Assembly: GCA_951406725.2 (NCBI GenBank)
Contig: OX597816.1
Coordinates: forward strand, 101,866,001 to 101,930,000
Source: Octopus vulgaris
Taxonomy: Eukaryota
Direction of reading: 5' to 3'
DNA: 64,000 nt
The translations under genes and the position numbers were made by a program. Positions 38,801 to 53,900 of the stretch are shown piece by piece (the stretch's first letter is position 1; each line of letters begins with the position of its first letter). Below the pieces are notes generated by a model that searched no databases, was not told where the DNA came from, and worked only from the letters and a program-made list of their open reading frames with translations.

Positions 38801-41800
38801 ATGTGGTTGGGAAGCAAACTTCTAAACCACATAGCTACATCTGTAGAAGTAAATATTTGAAAATAATTTGTCTCTAGAGACAAGGTCAATCAACTAGAAA
38901 ATTATAATTTCATAAATTAATTTACTTATACAATTAGGATGAGAAGAAATAAAAATAAAAACACTAACTTACCTCATCATTATTATTGCGTAACAGCTGC
39001 AGGTATTGGTGGAGTTGTTTATCCTTCTCCTTTAAGTTATCTGATAACTGCTGGATTAACATGTCTTTACTATGTGACTGGTGTTCTAAATCTTCAATCA
39101 TTAACTAAAGGAATTAAACAAGACATACAGCTTATGAATGCATTATACAATCTATCAGTACATTATATAATATCACAGCATCAAAACACATGAACTGCAA
39201 GTACATAAAATGTCAATACCCCATGCAATAAGTGAATACATCATACAATCTTGAGAACATTGTACATTCTATGAATGCATCACACAATCTGAATACAACA
39301 TAAACTCTGCTAGTGTACCATACAATCTGTGAGAAGTATATCATATAATCAATGAGAGCATCATATAATTTGCTAGTGGCACGTCATACTATCTGTGAGT
39401 GCATCATATAATCTTATTTCTTTATTGCCCACAGGAGGCTAAACATAGAGGGGACAAACAAGGACAGACAAAGTGATTAAGTCGATTTCATCGACCCCAG
39501 TGCTTACACCAAGCAACCTGTGAGTACATCATACAATTTCTGATACACTATCCAATCTGTGATTTCACATTACTATCTGATTACATCATACAATCTGTGA
39601 AAACATTACACAATTCACTTAGTTGTACATCATACAAGCTGTGGGGACATCATACAATCTCTCAGCACATTGTATAATCTAAGTCAAAAAATCCATAAAA
39701 GAACTAACAAACATGTTTATAAATATAAAAATTACACAACAGAGTAGACAATAAAAACAGTGCCTAAAGAAGCCAGAATCTACCTGATATTGATCCATTT
39801 GTTGGTCTAATTTCTCTTTAGCTTCTCTTTTCTCACGGAGCAGTTGATCTTGGAGTTGCTGAAAACAAAGAGAGACAAAAAAAAATAGAATTAGAAATTA
39901 TTGTAATATATAATGTTGTTGGTATTTAGCTTCAGGTCAAGCCTGATTGTGCAAACTTGCATTCAAAGGAATTTCAACAGAGATTAAGTACCTTTCATGT
40001 TATTGTGGGGATATTTATAATTACTATTACCTAATGTATCCTTACACATTTTTGAGGGACATCTGCAGAAGCCAAACAACCACAATTACAGAAATCAAGT
40101 CCCTAGTTGATTTCTGTAATATAATGTTATTTCTAGATTTGCAGAAATGGCTGAGTGCAGCACAATACTGGAGTGAATGCAACTCAGTTTAAATAGTTTC
40201 GTCCCTCTCAGTTCCAAGAAATCTTGCTACACTAATCTAAAATTAGACAAGAGCATCTTCTGGGGGGCAGTTATTAAAATGGAGTAGGGGAATCTGAGAG
40301 TGTGCGCTAGTTTATATAGGGTGGGATGGTGGAGGAGGGGGAAGTGTTGGCGAAGCAAGTGGTTATCAAAACACAGAGAAAACAGAGAGAAAGGGGGCCA
40401 GAGTTAGGGTGGTCAGGGATAGAACACGAGGGAGAAAAATATTCTTTTGGGATTTTGGGTAACATAATTTAATGAAACAGCAAATGCTGATAATAGTGAA
40501 ATAGAATTGAAAAATCTTAGAATTTTTGGTCGACCAATCTGTGAAAAAATTAGAGAAATAAGTGATGATGGGACAAACTTGAATAAATGAATAGGTGACG
40601 AATAGTATATGCATGTGAAGGAACCTAAGTTTGTTTTAAGACAACAGCAAAGAAGACGAAACTATGTTTACATGGTAAAGAATTATAATCAAAGGTTATA
40701 GATTTATTTTTATTACCTGCACAGCATCTTCACTTTGTTTCAAAGCATCTCGTGTCTTTGTAAGCATATCTCGGAATGAACTGAGTTCCTGTTCTTTTTT
40801 CTCAATGGAATCAACCAAATTCTTACAAAATAAATTAAGAAAATTGCATTGATAAAAATATAAAATAAATTGCAAAGTAAGTATATGAGCATTTTCTGTA
40901 ATTGAAGAGCACAGAAATGTTAAAATTTCAAGCTAATATCTACATTCAATGATTTGAATGACCTTGGTTAAAGGATTAAGAATTTTTAAATACAGCCATG
41001 AAGGCTACTGATTACACTCTTTCACCAAGAGAGAACTGTCCAATAAACATGTATATATCATTAGTACTATAATTACACAACAGAAGTGCAAAAATACTTC
41101 AGAACCAGAAGAAAAAAATCACAGTATTTCTGAAATCAAAGCCCACAGAGTTGACTTTAGTTTTCATCCTAATCTTATCTTAGGATTGGTATCACAGATG
41201 CACTAGGTTCAATTTAGTCAACTATACTGATACCCTGTGCTTCCAATAAATGTGTGGGTTTATGCAAATCTGTGAATATACTATAGTCAGTAACACTGCA
41301 ACAGACCAATGCAGAGTTTAGTACATCTCTTTATGTGATGTGACTAAAGATGACTGCTTTTCCACCTTCCAAGCAGCCAACAAGTGAATATTGACATAAT
41401 TGTAGTCTTCTAAAAGTTGATGGTCATATGACAATATCAGAAATCCTCACTGCTAAAGACATCATGGTATGTTATACTCTTAGTCAAAAAGAGCCTGTAG
41501 CCTGATTAGTTTCAGTTGAAAACGCAGCACTAATGCCCACAGAAAATATTCCATTCATTTCAAAAAAATCTATCATCAATAATAGTGGTAGATGATGTAG
41601 TTCATACATAAGCTCTTGACAAAGCAACCCACTTTCCATTCAAGATCCTTTTAGACTTATGACAATGAATTCTTGTAAAAAAAACCTTGGCAAAAAGGAA
41701 AATATGATTTTATCTGCCTATCCCAACCACAGAAAAAAAAGGAAACTTTTTTCTTTTTGTAATTAAGAGACCAAAAAATGATCATAGTTGTAATATCAAT

Positions 41801-44800
41801 ATCAAAATATATATATATATTAATTCATCCTTTTATGTTTCAGTGGAATACCAGGCCAAATGTAATCAACTAGCCCCTCTCCACTCCAAAGAAATATCAG
41901 GTCTATCTTAAAAAGAATTACTAAAGCTAGTGAGCTGGTAGAATCATTAGCACACCAGACACAATGCTTAGTGGTATTTCATCTGTCTTTATGTTCTGAG
42001 TTCAAATTCTGTCAAGGTTGACTTTGCCTTTCACCCTTTCAAGGTTGCTGAAATAATGACCAGTTGAATAATGAGTTCAATGTAATTGACTAGAGCCCTC
42101 CGACCCAACTTTAGGCTTTGTGCCTATAATAGAAAGGGTTATTATCATTGTTAATAAGGCAAGCTGGAAAAATCATTAACATATAAAAAATACCTAGTGG
42201 CATTTCTTTCAGCTTTATGTTCTGAGTTCAAGTATTGTTGAGGTTGAGAGTTAACAGGTGTGATGGCAATGTGTAGCTATAAGTTGTAGAACATGCACTA
42301 CATTAGGATGTTCAGGCAAGTATCAGAGTTGATCATCATCATCAATGTTCCATGCAAGCTGTCACATTAACTTTCTTCCGGCTCACTAGAGAAGTCCTTA
42401 CATTATAGTCTGGACTATCTGAAGGACTATCCACACAAAAAGGATAACTCTCATGCTTGGTTTACAATAATACAAATGTGAGCCAAAAGACAATAAAGCT
42501 CATGATTGACAAACCCAACTGCACAGTAGCTTCAGTCAATTTCTATATCATCAATTGCTATCCAACAACTGAATTCCATCACACTCTACCAGGCAACTAG
42601 CAGAAGCCAATGTGCAAATGTCCAACATAATGCCTGTCCTAACATGTCATGCAAGCCATAACAACATCAACCATGTTTTTGTCAGCCTTTCTCTTAAGCC
42701 TACCCTCTGTAATAATCTCAGTTGTCAGAATGTGTGATGCTCACCTATAGCTGTAAGATTGCTGAGCTACACAATAATAAGTAGAGAGTGGTATGCAAAC
42801 ATTCAAAACACTACTGACCCAACAAGGCTACTTGGTTTCTGCTTGAGCCACCTCTTTATTAACAGGCATGATTATTCAAAATGCTATCTTATTTTCACAC
42901 ACATGCATGCATTCACATACACACCCCTACAATATTCACACTAGATTTACTTATGATACAAAATATGAAAGTTATTTATTGTGTAATCAAACCAACCAAG
43001 CACTTCATGCATGACATGCATCTCATAGAAAACATTTTTTTCAAGTGTCATACCTCTACAAGAGGTACTCATTTCTACAGCTGAGTGGACCAGTGCAATG
43101 TGAAGTGAAGTGTTTTGCTGAAGAACACAATGTGTTGCCTGGTCCAGGAATCGAAATCGTAATCTTACAATTGTGAGTCCAACACCCTAACCACTAAGCC
43201 ACACGTCTCCCAGGAAACCATATCAACCACTTAGTCACCACTTCCTGCAAACTTCCCATGCCAGCTCTTCTCATTATTTTTTAGTTTCTCATTATCCTGG
43301 TAAGAGATACCCAAGATTGAATGTAGTCAGAATTATTAGAACATTGAAAAATTATCTTGAATTCATTCCAACAGTTTGTGTGTTTAGCTGAAATATTACT
43401 GAGTTAAACTTGTAAACATCAAAGGTGATTGTTACCCCTCTACAGCAAGACACCTGTTTCTGTCTCTCTGTCATTATCTGACACAAAATCACCTCCTCCA
43501 ACGTCCCTTCCCCTCTCAAAGGTTCTTTGTCTTGCAAGTTACTTGGTGACTCTGCCAAAACTGGTGCCATATAAAAAGCATTTAGTCTACACTGTGAAGT
43601 GTTTAGCATTTGGAAGAGCATCCAGCTGTAAAAACTGCCAAAACTGACCTTGCCAGTGCTGGTGCCATGTAAAAAGCACTCAGTCCACTTTGCAGGGTGG
43701 TTGGTGTTAGGAAGGGCATTTAGCCATAAAAACGATGCCAAAACAGACACAGAAGTCTGGTGCAGTCTTCTGCCTGGCCAGTTCCTGTCAAACCGTCCAA
43801 TCCATGCCAGCATGGAAGGCGGATGTTAAACAATGATGATGTAAATTCATCTTAACTACAGTTTAGTAACTACTGTCTACCACCCTCTTCCATATTGGCA
43901 GATCCATTGTTTATTTTCTTTGTGGTGTCACGAGTTCCTACTCTCTTGATCTAATCATCACAGTCTTAGTTACCATTAATCATCACTTGTCATCACATTG
44001 TTCATTGAGCATGCATCACTGATTGTGACTGTGTCACTACTAATGCATACAGTTGTTTGGTCTTTGTACTTACATCTCTCCTTCCCTTTTAAAAAGAAGT
44101 ATAACAAAACAAAGCTAGTCCTGTTTATTCCTTCCCTACCCCTGAAGGGAAATAACAAAGTCACATTTTGGGAACGTGTCACATAAAAATCTGGAAGATA
44201 TCCTTGTTGTCAGAGATTAGAAAGGTATTGTAATTAAGACCATATTTTCATTAATATGCATCCCATCAAAAACTACACCTTCCTTACACTGGACATTTTT
44301 CCCCACTTATTTTCTTTCTCTACGTAACTCTACCTTAAAACATAATCCTAACCATACAACAAAACACTAACATTAACCATAGATCAAATGTTTTTTTGAA
44401 GGAGTATAATCTGTTTAATATTATCAATTCATGAAAAAAAAAAAAAATGTAAATCAAAAATGAAAAAGTTGCAGCTGGTTGTTTACTCCAAAATAGATAT
44501 TAAGACATAGCAAAAAATTTGTAAAAAAATGGAATTTTAAAATTTATATATTTTTCGGAATCATGAAGAAATATTCTCTGAAGAATAGAAAAAATAGAAG
44601 ATAGAAATGTCAGATAGGTGGGATTCATACTGCATAACTCTGTAAATATATGTTGTTTAAATTATATATATACACATATGTGCTGAGTGGTTAAGAATAC
44701 TTCATAACCACATGTTTTCAGGTTTGTTCTATAACACCTTTATTAACAATATTTAGTTAACACAATAAACTAGAATTTCTTTGTATCTAAGACCATTCAC

Positions 44801-47800
44801 TTCATCAAATATAGGTAATTTCCAGGTTAAAAAGTGATTTCTTATAAAATGAAACTATCAATGAACGAAAGTAAAATAGTTGACAGTAAAATACCAGCTA
44901 GATTATATAAGCATCCGGTTTGATGCTATAAGTGTTGAAGTTGGATCCATCATTTTTTTTTTTATATTAAATTCCTTATTAATGGAACTAAAGCACTTTA
45001 AAAATCACATTTTTTGACCTAGAAAACACCTACGTTTGACAAGGTAAATATTTTCACCGTGACGGACATGAAGAAGTATCAACACATACACAAACACTCA
45101 TATAACAGGTATCTTCAGTTTCTGTGCATTCACACACATATGCCTGCATGCACGCTCACAAACACAGACAAGCATGTGACATATTAAAAAAAAATAATGC
45201 ACATTAAGTAGCAACTTTGTGTGATTATATCAGTCAGTCCATGATACTTTTTACTATTAAATAATTAGTTAACCTCCCACCTCTTCTCACTCTAAACACA
45301 CACAGTTACACACAGACAGGTATGGACAGACATATGCTAACATACAGCTAAAAACAGTCACAGAAAGTGAGGCTTAGCAATCTGACAAATGTACATTAAT
45401 AAAACAAAGATTGGGGTTGATACAATCAACTAAACCTTTCAAGATAATGTGCCAGTATGGCAGCAATCCCAGTCACTGGAACCAGAAACCCTTGTGAGTG
45501 TACTTGTTACATTTTATCTTTAGTGCGTGAAGTTGGATGACAAATCTGTCATGGTTCATTAAACAAAATTAGTGGTATTCAAATCTTGTGTACAAACACA
45601 GGAATATATGATGTATAGAAAATCATTTTGTGTTTGATTATATTATTATTATTGTTATTATTGTTATTTTACACACTAAACTACTGATATTAGTTTTTAA
45701 GCCTTTATAACTATTAACTACAATATTTTATATTTGCTAATCATGATTAATGTTATTAACTTTAGTCTGATGAACAGCTTTTCTCCATCATTTAACAAAA
45801 CCAATATTTTTTATCATTTTTGTTTACTTACCTGTCTGTTACCTTAGCAAGTGAAAAAAAAAACAATTGGCCACCATAAACTGACCCTAATCTGACTAAT
45901 CTTATGTTTAGCATACATGAAATACATTAGAAGAATGCTAATTTTTATGCAGAGAATTATGAAGGAAGAAGCATTAGATATTACCATTTAATGAAATGAT
46001 ATGAGTGAAATAAGGGGAAAAGGAATATGAAACTTAATGAGAAAATTGCAATTAATTTAAATGATGAATAATAGTAGTAATAAAAAGAAGGGAGGTACTT
46101 TCAATAAAGATGATGAGGTGGTGATAGTGATGAAGGAAGTAACAGAAGTAGTATTATTAATGGCAGCATACACCAACTAAATCTAAAGATGCAGTTATTT
46201 TAGTAGCAGCAAAAGATTGAAGCAGAGCAACACCCAAGCCAGAAAAAAGGGGACAGATGATGGACACATGGTCAGAGTAAATCTACCTGATTGTTTAGCT
46301 CCTTTTCGCGAACATGTCTTTGTAACTTTTCAATAAGCTCATCTTTTGAAAACATGGTACTGTGTTGTTTTTCGATGTCCTGGTAAGTGGTGATCAGTAA
46401 AGCCACATCAGCACAGCAACATCAAAAAACAAAAAAAATAACAACAGGTATCTCTCTCTCTCTCTGTCACGCACACACACACACACATACACAATAAACA
46501 GGAGTGTTGAGTTGGGCAAGTTAAAGTTAATGAAACAATTCAGCAACAATTATAAATACAACCATGCAAATGTAACTGAATGTACAGCAACTGAATGAAT
46601 TAAAAAACCAAAACAGCTTCAGCTATACCCAAAAGTCTGAAATAAATGGAGTTTTACTCAGCAATTCAATAAATGTTTTAAACGTATTTCTACCATTATT
46701 TCAAAAGCTATTGTTAATTCATGGAAATTATTTCAACAAATGCCAGTATTGTCTTCAGTCACATGCTCACAGATAAAGCAGTGAGGAGAGGGACAGCTCT
46801 AATGTTTGTGAATAGTTTAAATTTGACGCATATTATACAAACTCTAGTTGTTGCTCTATGAATAGAATGATGCTAAATTCATAGGTTCGTTACAAAAACC
46901 TATCAAACCAATGAAATAATCCCTCTTACTACCTTAACTCTTCAGTAGTTTAAAAATAAAAATTCAAATTTTAATTATTGCTCCAACACAGTTATTCCAA
47001 TTGTTATTTACTGTAAATGAATTTTTTTTTTATCAGAATAACTTTGATATGGCTGAATCTTACTTTGTCTTTCTGTCTTCAGCCAGACAGAAGCAATGTG
47101 GTGTTGTTGGCTGAGTAGTGAACTGAATGTCCGAATACTGCATTCTACCCACTGTATGTGAGGTAAATATCAATACTAAGATGCCTCAAAACACAGTTGG
47201 TGTCAATTTAGCAATGTTTTTGGTTGTCCTTAAAGAGAAGAGGTGCTGTCCTATTTGAAAATAGCACCTTGTGTGACCACCTGTCCTTACATATGCTTTG
47301 TAGGTGAACCAATATTATCTTCTCTCTGATAGTATCTTCAATATCAGACAGAAATGGCTCTTCAGTCCGGAAAAGGCTTTCTATCAGTATGTTCTATCAG
47401 TATGTTCTGCAGGAAGACATATCTGATGGTAATAGTGTCACTACCATTTGCAAATGAGGTAGTTTAATTAACAAATGTTCACACTATAGGTCTCACTACT
47501 ACAGAGCAGTACACTACAACACAAACATTGTGAACATGCTCTTCAACATGTAAAGATAAACACCAGTTACTAGAATAGGAAACACTTAATAGAATTTCTT
47601 CCAAATAGAACAAAATCAATTTGTGACAGTACCAGATCAATCATCAGAACACTAACTGGGGTGCACCAGAACACTAATTGGGGTACCTAATGTCCACCAA
47701 ATCAAACCATATTTTCCAAAATATTTAAATTTACTTTACTGGGTTTAATATGTAATTTTAGATACAGCAAAAATGTTTTGGCATCGGTTAATAGTTTCAA

Positions 47801-50800
47801 AATCAAAAATAAACAAAAATTAAAATCACTACATAAAAATCTAATAATAGGAGAATGGAATTGATGAAAAATGAATATAATATGTGCATTCATAGCTATA
47901 GCCTAAGAAGGAGTGAACACTTGATATTTCATTATAAATGAAATGTAAATATTTTCAAAGACTCTTTCACTATTCTCTATAGAAATTATATAAACTTTCA
48001 TAATCAATTTCACTGGCAACTACATAATATTTATCATTATCAGTATAATATTTATGTTTTGGTTAGCATGAAATATTATGCAAATATTAAATTGGATGAT
48101 CAACTTCTTAAGTATTCTTCGAATATACTTAATGTAACTTTGATAGTTGTAGTTACAAAGTACTTTTTTTTATAATCTAAAATTAAATTTTGGGTTTTTT
48201 GAGTCATTTTAAAGAAAATTCTTGTAAAAATTATAAAAGTATAAGTAGAAATAGTGGTTCTGGTATTGAAAATGATCAAAGACTTCTAAGATGTCAGCCA
48301 GATAGAATGAATGCACATACAGATGAACACATGAAGCACGCATCTCACCTTGAAAGATGACAAGATTGTAATCAACTAATGAATTAGATAAAGGAAACAA
48401 AAAAATCAAAATTATAACAAAAAAAAAACAAAACAAAAAGAGGTTCTACCTAATTGCTGTGAAAAAATATTTAAGCAATAACAACAAACAAAATGAAAAG
48501 ACAATTAATTCAAACTCAATGAAATAAATAACATCAACAAGAACACCAACAATCCAGGTTCTGATACCTTTTGATTTTAATAGATTAGGAAAAGTTTTTA
48601 AGATGTTTGCAATAAAATGTTTCATTGTGAAAACCAAACTATGATATTTAATTTAAAACAAATATATAAAGTTATTTCTAATGTTTAATGTAGTACAACA
48701 TCAATTAGATTAATAAATTAAATAATAACAACAAGCTTTTTAATGTAAAACTAAAAAATGTTAATTAATAAGAAAGTCTCTAAATTGCCTTAGACCACAG
48801 ACGGCCATACAAATTAATAAACAAGGCTACTGGTAAGATGATCAACAGCTCATAACTTACAAATGACACTGCACCGTGTTTCTGGCAAAGATACTTAAAA
48901 TTCTTAGTTCAATCTAGTAGCTGTTTTATAGTATCTACTACTTAGTAGATCTTATAGAACAACAATGAGCATTGGAAACTAATATTTATTAGATTCTATT
49001 GTTTCAACCAATATTATTATCTAAGACACTAACATTTAGAAAGAGAAAAATTACGTTGCATACTGCTGAGTAAGTGAATTAATTCTATATGAGAATAGAA
49101 TAATTTAGCCATGGTCTAAAATATTTGGAGTTAACTTGTGAGAATATGATGAATCTGATTCAAAGTACCCCAATTTCAAATGAGTTTGATTTCTTCAGCA
49201 CAGATGACATCAGAACCAAACATATTGTCTTTAGACTGTTTGTATAGTACCTGATATCTGTAGTTTTCTTTGTGAATACACACCACTGGTTGATTTATTC
49301 CAGTTATTGACTAATATACAAACAGTTTGATTGAGAGAATGATGAGTGCTTCTGGCTGTGCTAACATGACATACGACTCCAGTAGGAGTCATAAGTCATG
49401 GAAGTCATAAATTTCATCACTTCAATAATTAATAATTTAATTTGATTTACATTAATTTGTTTTAATTCTCTGCTTTTGACCACTTTAATCCCACTCTTAC
49501 TCTTTTTTTTTTGTGCAAAATATAGACAGGAGTTTTGTAGCAAGTTTGAATATTTGCATATTTTTATAGCTGGATATGCTTCCAACTGCTAATAAAGGCT
49601 AAGAATGATTTTCACCTTTATTAAAAAAGATTCGTACTTTATTAAACATTGTTAGGAAATACAAGACTAGAAATGCTTATTAGTTTGCCAGTATAGCTGT
49701 CTTTATCTTGTATCATCTCCCCAATGAGGCTTAACTTTTTGTGGCCTAATCATGCCTGGATTGCAGGTGTCTGAACATGCAATAATAAAATTGATTACAA
49801 TAACAATGTTTATAGCAACAATACAACAATAATTTGGAGTAAGAGGGTAACAACAAATACAAAATGAACTGAAGATTTAAAAGTAGTCATGAGAGGGAAT
49901 GAGGGAATGATTATGAGGATGAATTTAATTGATGACTTTGAACTTGCTTGAAGATAGTTAACTAATTGGACCAGCTCTACATCTTTAAAACTATAGCCAA
50001 CAAAGATCTCTTTAATTAACAGTTCTGAATCATTAAATGTGAAAGATGGTTTGCATAAGGTAATGTGTAAACATAAAAACTAGACCTGTCCCTTGATAAT
50101 ATTAGTAATTTTAAAAAGAGTTCATTAAAAGCATATTACAAGCTTTCCTTTTCCCAAGAAAGCAATATAAAAAGCATAAATAATGTAGAGTTTTGTTTTT
50201 CTCAAGACAAAAGAGAAATAATATTGTCATTTGTAAAGATCACCGCAAAACTATTCTTTATATGGTATAAACTTCAATATTGTGAGATTTATGTATGCTG
50301 AAATTTTAAAACCATTACAGCTAATTTAAAGCACTGCCATAGAACTAGCAACTTCTATTGCTGCCATTCTCTTTAAATGGATCATTTATAGCTATTTTTT
50401 TTAAAAAAAGATAAAGAATAATTCAAGTCCATTTGTAATAAATGTCCTTATCAGACTCCATAGCATAATACCGAATATTTTACATCAAACATTGAGAAAA
50501 ACTGATACAAACTGGGACACCTGAAACATTATAAAAACAATTTAATACAGTTCTATATTTAAGAGATGAGGAACTATGTACATTATTTACATCATTTACA
50601 TTTGATGGATATTTGTCCTCATCCTGTTTGTTGTTAACACGTTTCAGCTGATATACCTCCAGCCTTCATTAGGTGTCTTGGGGAAATTTCGAACCTGGGT
50701 TCTCATTCCTAGGGTATTTTGAATGTTGTTGTTGTTGTTATTATTATTATTATTATTATTATTGTTGTTGTTATTGTTCAGGTCACTGCCTGGAATCGAA

Positions 50801-50863
50801 TTCGGAATCTTGAGGCTACTAACCCCAAGATTCCGAGTTTGATTCCAGGCAGTGACCTGAATA

Positions 50864-50907
<44 letters not shown>

Positions 50908-53900
50908 AATAATAAGAACAACAACATTGAAAATACCTTAGGAATGGGAAGCCAGGTTCGAAATTTCCCCAAGACACCTGATGAAGGCTGGAGGATATAT
51001 CAGCCGAAACGTTGTGTTAACAACAAACAAGATGAGGACAAATATCCGTCAAATGTAAATAATGTAAATAAAAACAATTTAATTCTTCACTGAAATCTTC
51101 TACTATAAAGTATAGCTAAAAAGAACAAGGTTAAATTGTTTATAGCTATATTAACAAAATCAAAATATTTCCTTCTAAAACAATACATTATGTATAACAA
51201 ACATATGGATTATAAATCTAAACAGGAAGGACAAAGTATCTTACTTTGTGTTTCTGCAGACTAACTTCATATAATTCCTGTCGAGTTTTGTTCAGATCTT
51301 CTTTGTCTTTGAGAATATGTTTCTGCAGTTCTTGTATCTGGTAAAGGTGAGTCAATTGAACACTGCTAACTAATATGTCAACATATAACTTGTGTTATAT
51401 GCAACATATAACACATTATACACACATTGAATATAATCTGCTATTTATGCAATGTAAACAAACGTATTGATAATATCAAAAATAATAAGCATGAAAAACA
51501 TTTTAAAAAATAATTTATATCAAAGTCAATAAAAATTCTCTTCACTTTGTCATTTTTATACACATACCACATAACAATAGAGCAATCATGTACGTTTATG
51601 GTGAAGTGTTTTGAGTCCATATACAAGTAGGTAATGATATAATCAGATTCTTGAAACTTCACTACTACTGAAATACATGGACATGCTTACATACATTGCC
51701 CTGAGGCACAACTCATAGTCTGTAATAAGGAATGAAATTATGACTGTGTGGTTAGTGACCCAGTATACTTAAGTCTCACTACCACTAAGCTTCATGTAGA
51801 TTTGATGAAACAACTAATTTATAAAACAAAGAATATTACTATTTCAATGCTTAACAACAACTGATAATGTAGGTGTGTAAAATAAAATCAGGTTCTAAGA
51901 TGCTACTACAGACCATAAGTTCAGATCTAGTAACTGTCATTGTAGTGTATTGCTAAACAAAAGACTTAACATTGCCAGTTTCATTTACCTATCAGGAAAT
52001 GTACAAGTTGTTTATTAGAAAAACAGCCTCTCCTAAATAAACTATCCTGCTCATGGAAAAATGAAAGTAAAACAGTAGGTGTATAGACATAATTATATAC
52101 TGATTAGATTACTAAGGCAGAAGTATTATACACAAATATGTACCTCATTTCGTTTTTCTTGCAGATTCTGGGTAAGGCCTTTAATTAACTTGTTCTTTTT
52201 GAGGCCATTAGTTTTTTCAGTCTCTAATTCACTTTCTACTTTCTTCAATTGTTGTTCTAGGAGCTAACAAAGAAAGAGAAAAAGATATTTAGAATATAAT
52301 ACTAGACTCAAAAAATATCAATAATTCAAAAAGATTAATTTAAATGTACTTGTATCAAAATTATTGCAAAATATATGAATTTGTTTGTTGCATTGACGAA
52401 TGAATGCAAGAAAGTAGATCAGTGTATTGGAAGACAAAATAATGTTGATAGAAAAAGAAAATCAGTTTGTATTCCAACTTTAAAAAGCCTTATCATGAAT
52501 GCAATATGAGAAGGAATGGCAATAACCAGAGCTTAATAACTGTTCTTGCTTTGAACTTAGTGAGTGTTTACAACTCAAAGTATAATTGTCATAAAGACAA
52601 TCATATGAGTCACATTTTTATGTACCTTCTAATAAACATAACAGAAATAAAGATATAATTAAAAAATGAAAATAAAATAAAAAAACATTGACTTACAGCT
52701 ACAGAGTCTCCCTTTTCATTCATAGATGTATTCAGCTGCTGAATCTCTGACTCCATCTTCTTGATGTTTTCTTGTTTGTCATCTATCATATCCTGAATAG
52801 AGAACATGTATTATATTTACAGTGTTCTTTCTTCGAATAGTACACAAATGTAAATGCATGTGCTTATAATGGTCTTACTAGCAGAAATATATACAGTCAT
52901 GGTCAAAAGTTGGGAACATAGGTCTGAAAATTAGAATTTTTATTTTAAATGCCTGAAGTTATATTTAATTTGCAATATATTATTACTTGGCCAAAAAGTT
53001 TGGAACATTGGTTTGAAAAATGGAATTTTTATATTAAATGCCCACCAAAGTCATATTTGAATCAAATTGTACTTGGTCATAACAATTTGAATTTTTTAAA
53101 AAAATGTTCCAAACTTTTGGCTACAACTGTGTGTGTGTGTATACATATATATATATATACACACACACACATACATGGTCTGATCAATAAGTATCTGGAC
53201 TGTTGCCATAGTAATGAAGCTAAAGCACAGAGAGTGAAGCCACTTGGCACAGATTGACCCTGAACTCTGCCGTGCATGCACACTAAGTTTTAATGTTCTA
53301 GTTCACATCCACTGTTTACAGTAGTGCTTGGAAGGAAGGTGTATAGTGTGTGATCATCGTATTGACCATGACAGAAAGTCGAGCAGAGAATCTGCATCAA
53401 ATTTTGCCAAAAGCTCAGCGATACCTGCTCAGAGGCCTACAAAGTTTCAAACACTTTTCATCTTTCTCAACACAGTCAAGGAAATCTTGTGCAACTGAAA
53501 CCTAAGTCTTTTTGGTCAGCTGAAAGCAGTTTTTTTGGCACAAACTTGGCAGGCACACATCTTATACCCCAATCTCCAGTGATAATGGACTGAACTGAAC
53601 CACAACTAATCTGTACATCTGCTAACTCATGGATAGTGATTCAACGATTTTCCCTCACAGCTGCATGCACATCTGCGTTGTTTTTCCCAGTTTTGCTGGT
53701 TGCAGGTCTCCCAAAACATTCATCAATATTGACATATTTTCAGTCATCTTGGAAACATCTGAACCACTTGTACACTTGTGTGCGGCTCATACACTCCTCT
53801 CCATACACTTTCTGCAATTTTGCATAGGCCTCTGAGCAGGTATCTCCATGAAAACTTTCTCTGTCATGGTCAATGTGATGATCACATGCTACACACCTTC

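Larger units (their letters stand above)
50583..51071. mobile_element. Palindromic non-autonomous element with tRNA-like centre and hammerhead motifs (Penelope-related)
   Basis: Arms are reverse complements around the loop CTACTAA (50816-50822); microsatellite spacers in both arms. Confidence 0.8.

Noticed and set aside
47381-47690. Short tandem duplications (CTATCAGTATGTT x2; CAGAACACTAAyTGGGGT x2)
   Set aside because: Ordinary slippage duplications with no further structure.
50778-50860. Functional tRNA gene, or TACTAAC branch point at 50817-50823
   Set aside because: Only a 3' tRNA-like half is present, with no D-arm or A-box; TACTAAC is antisense to the host gene.
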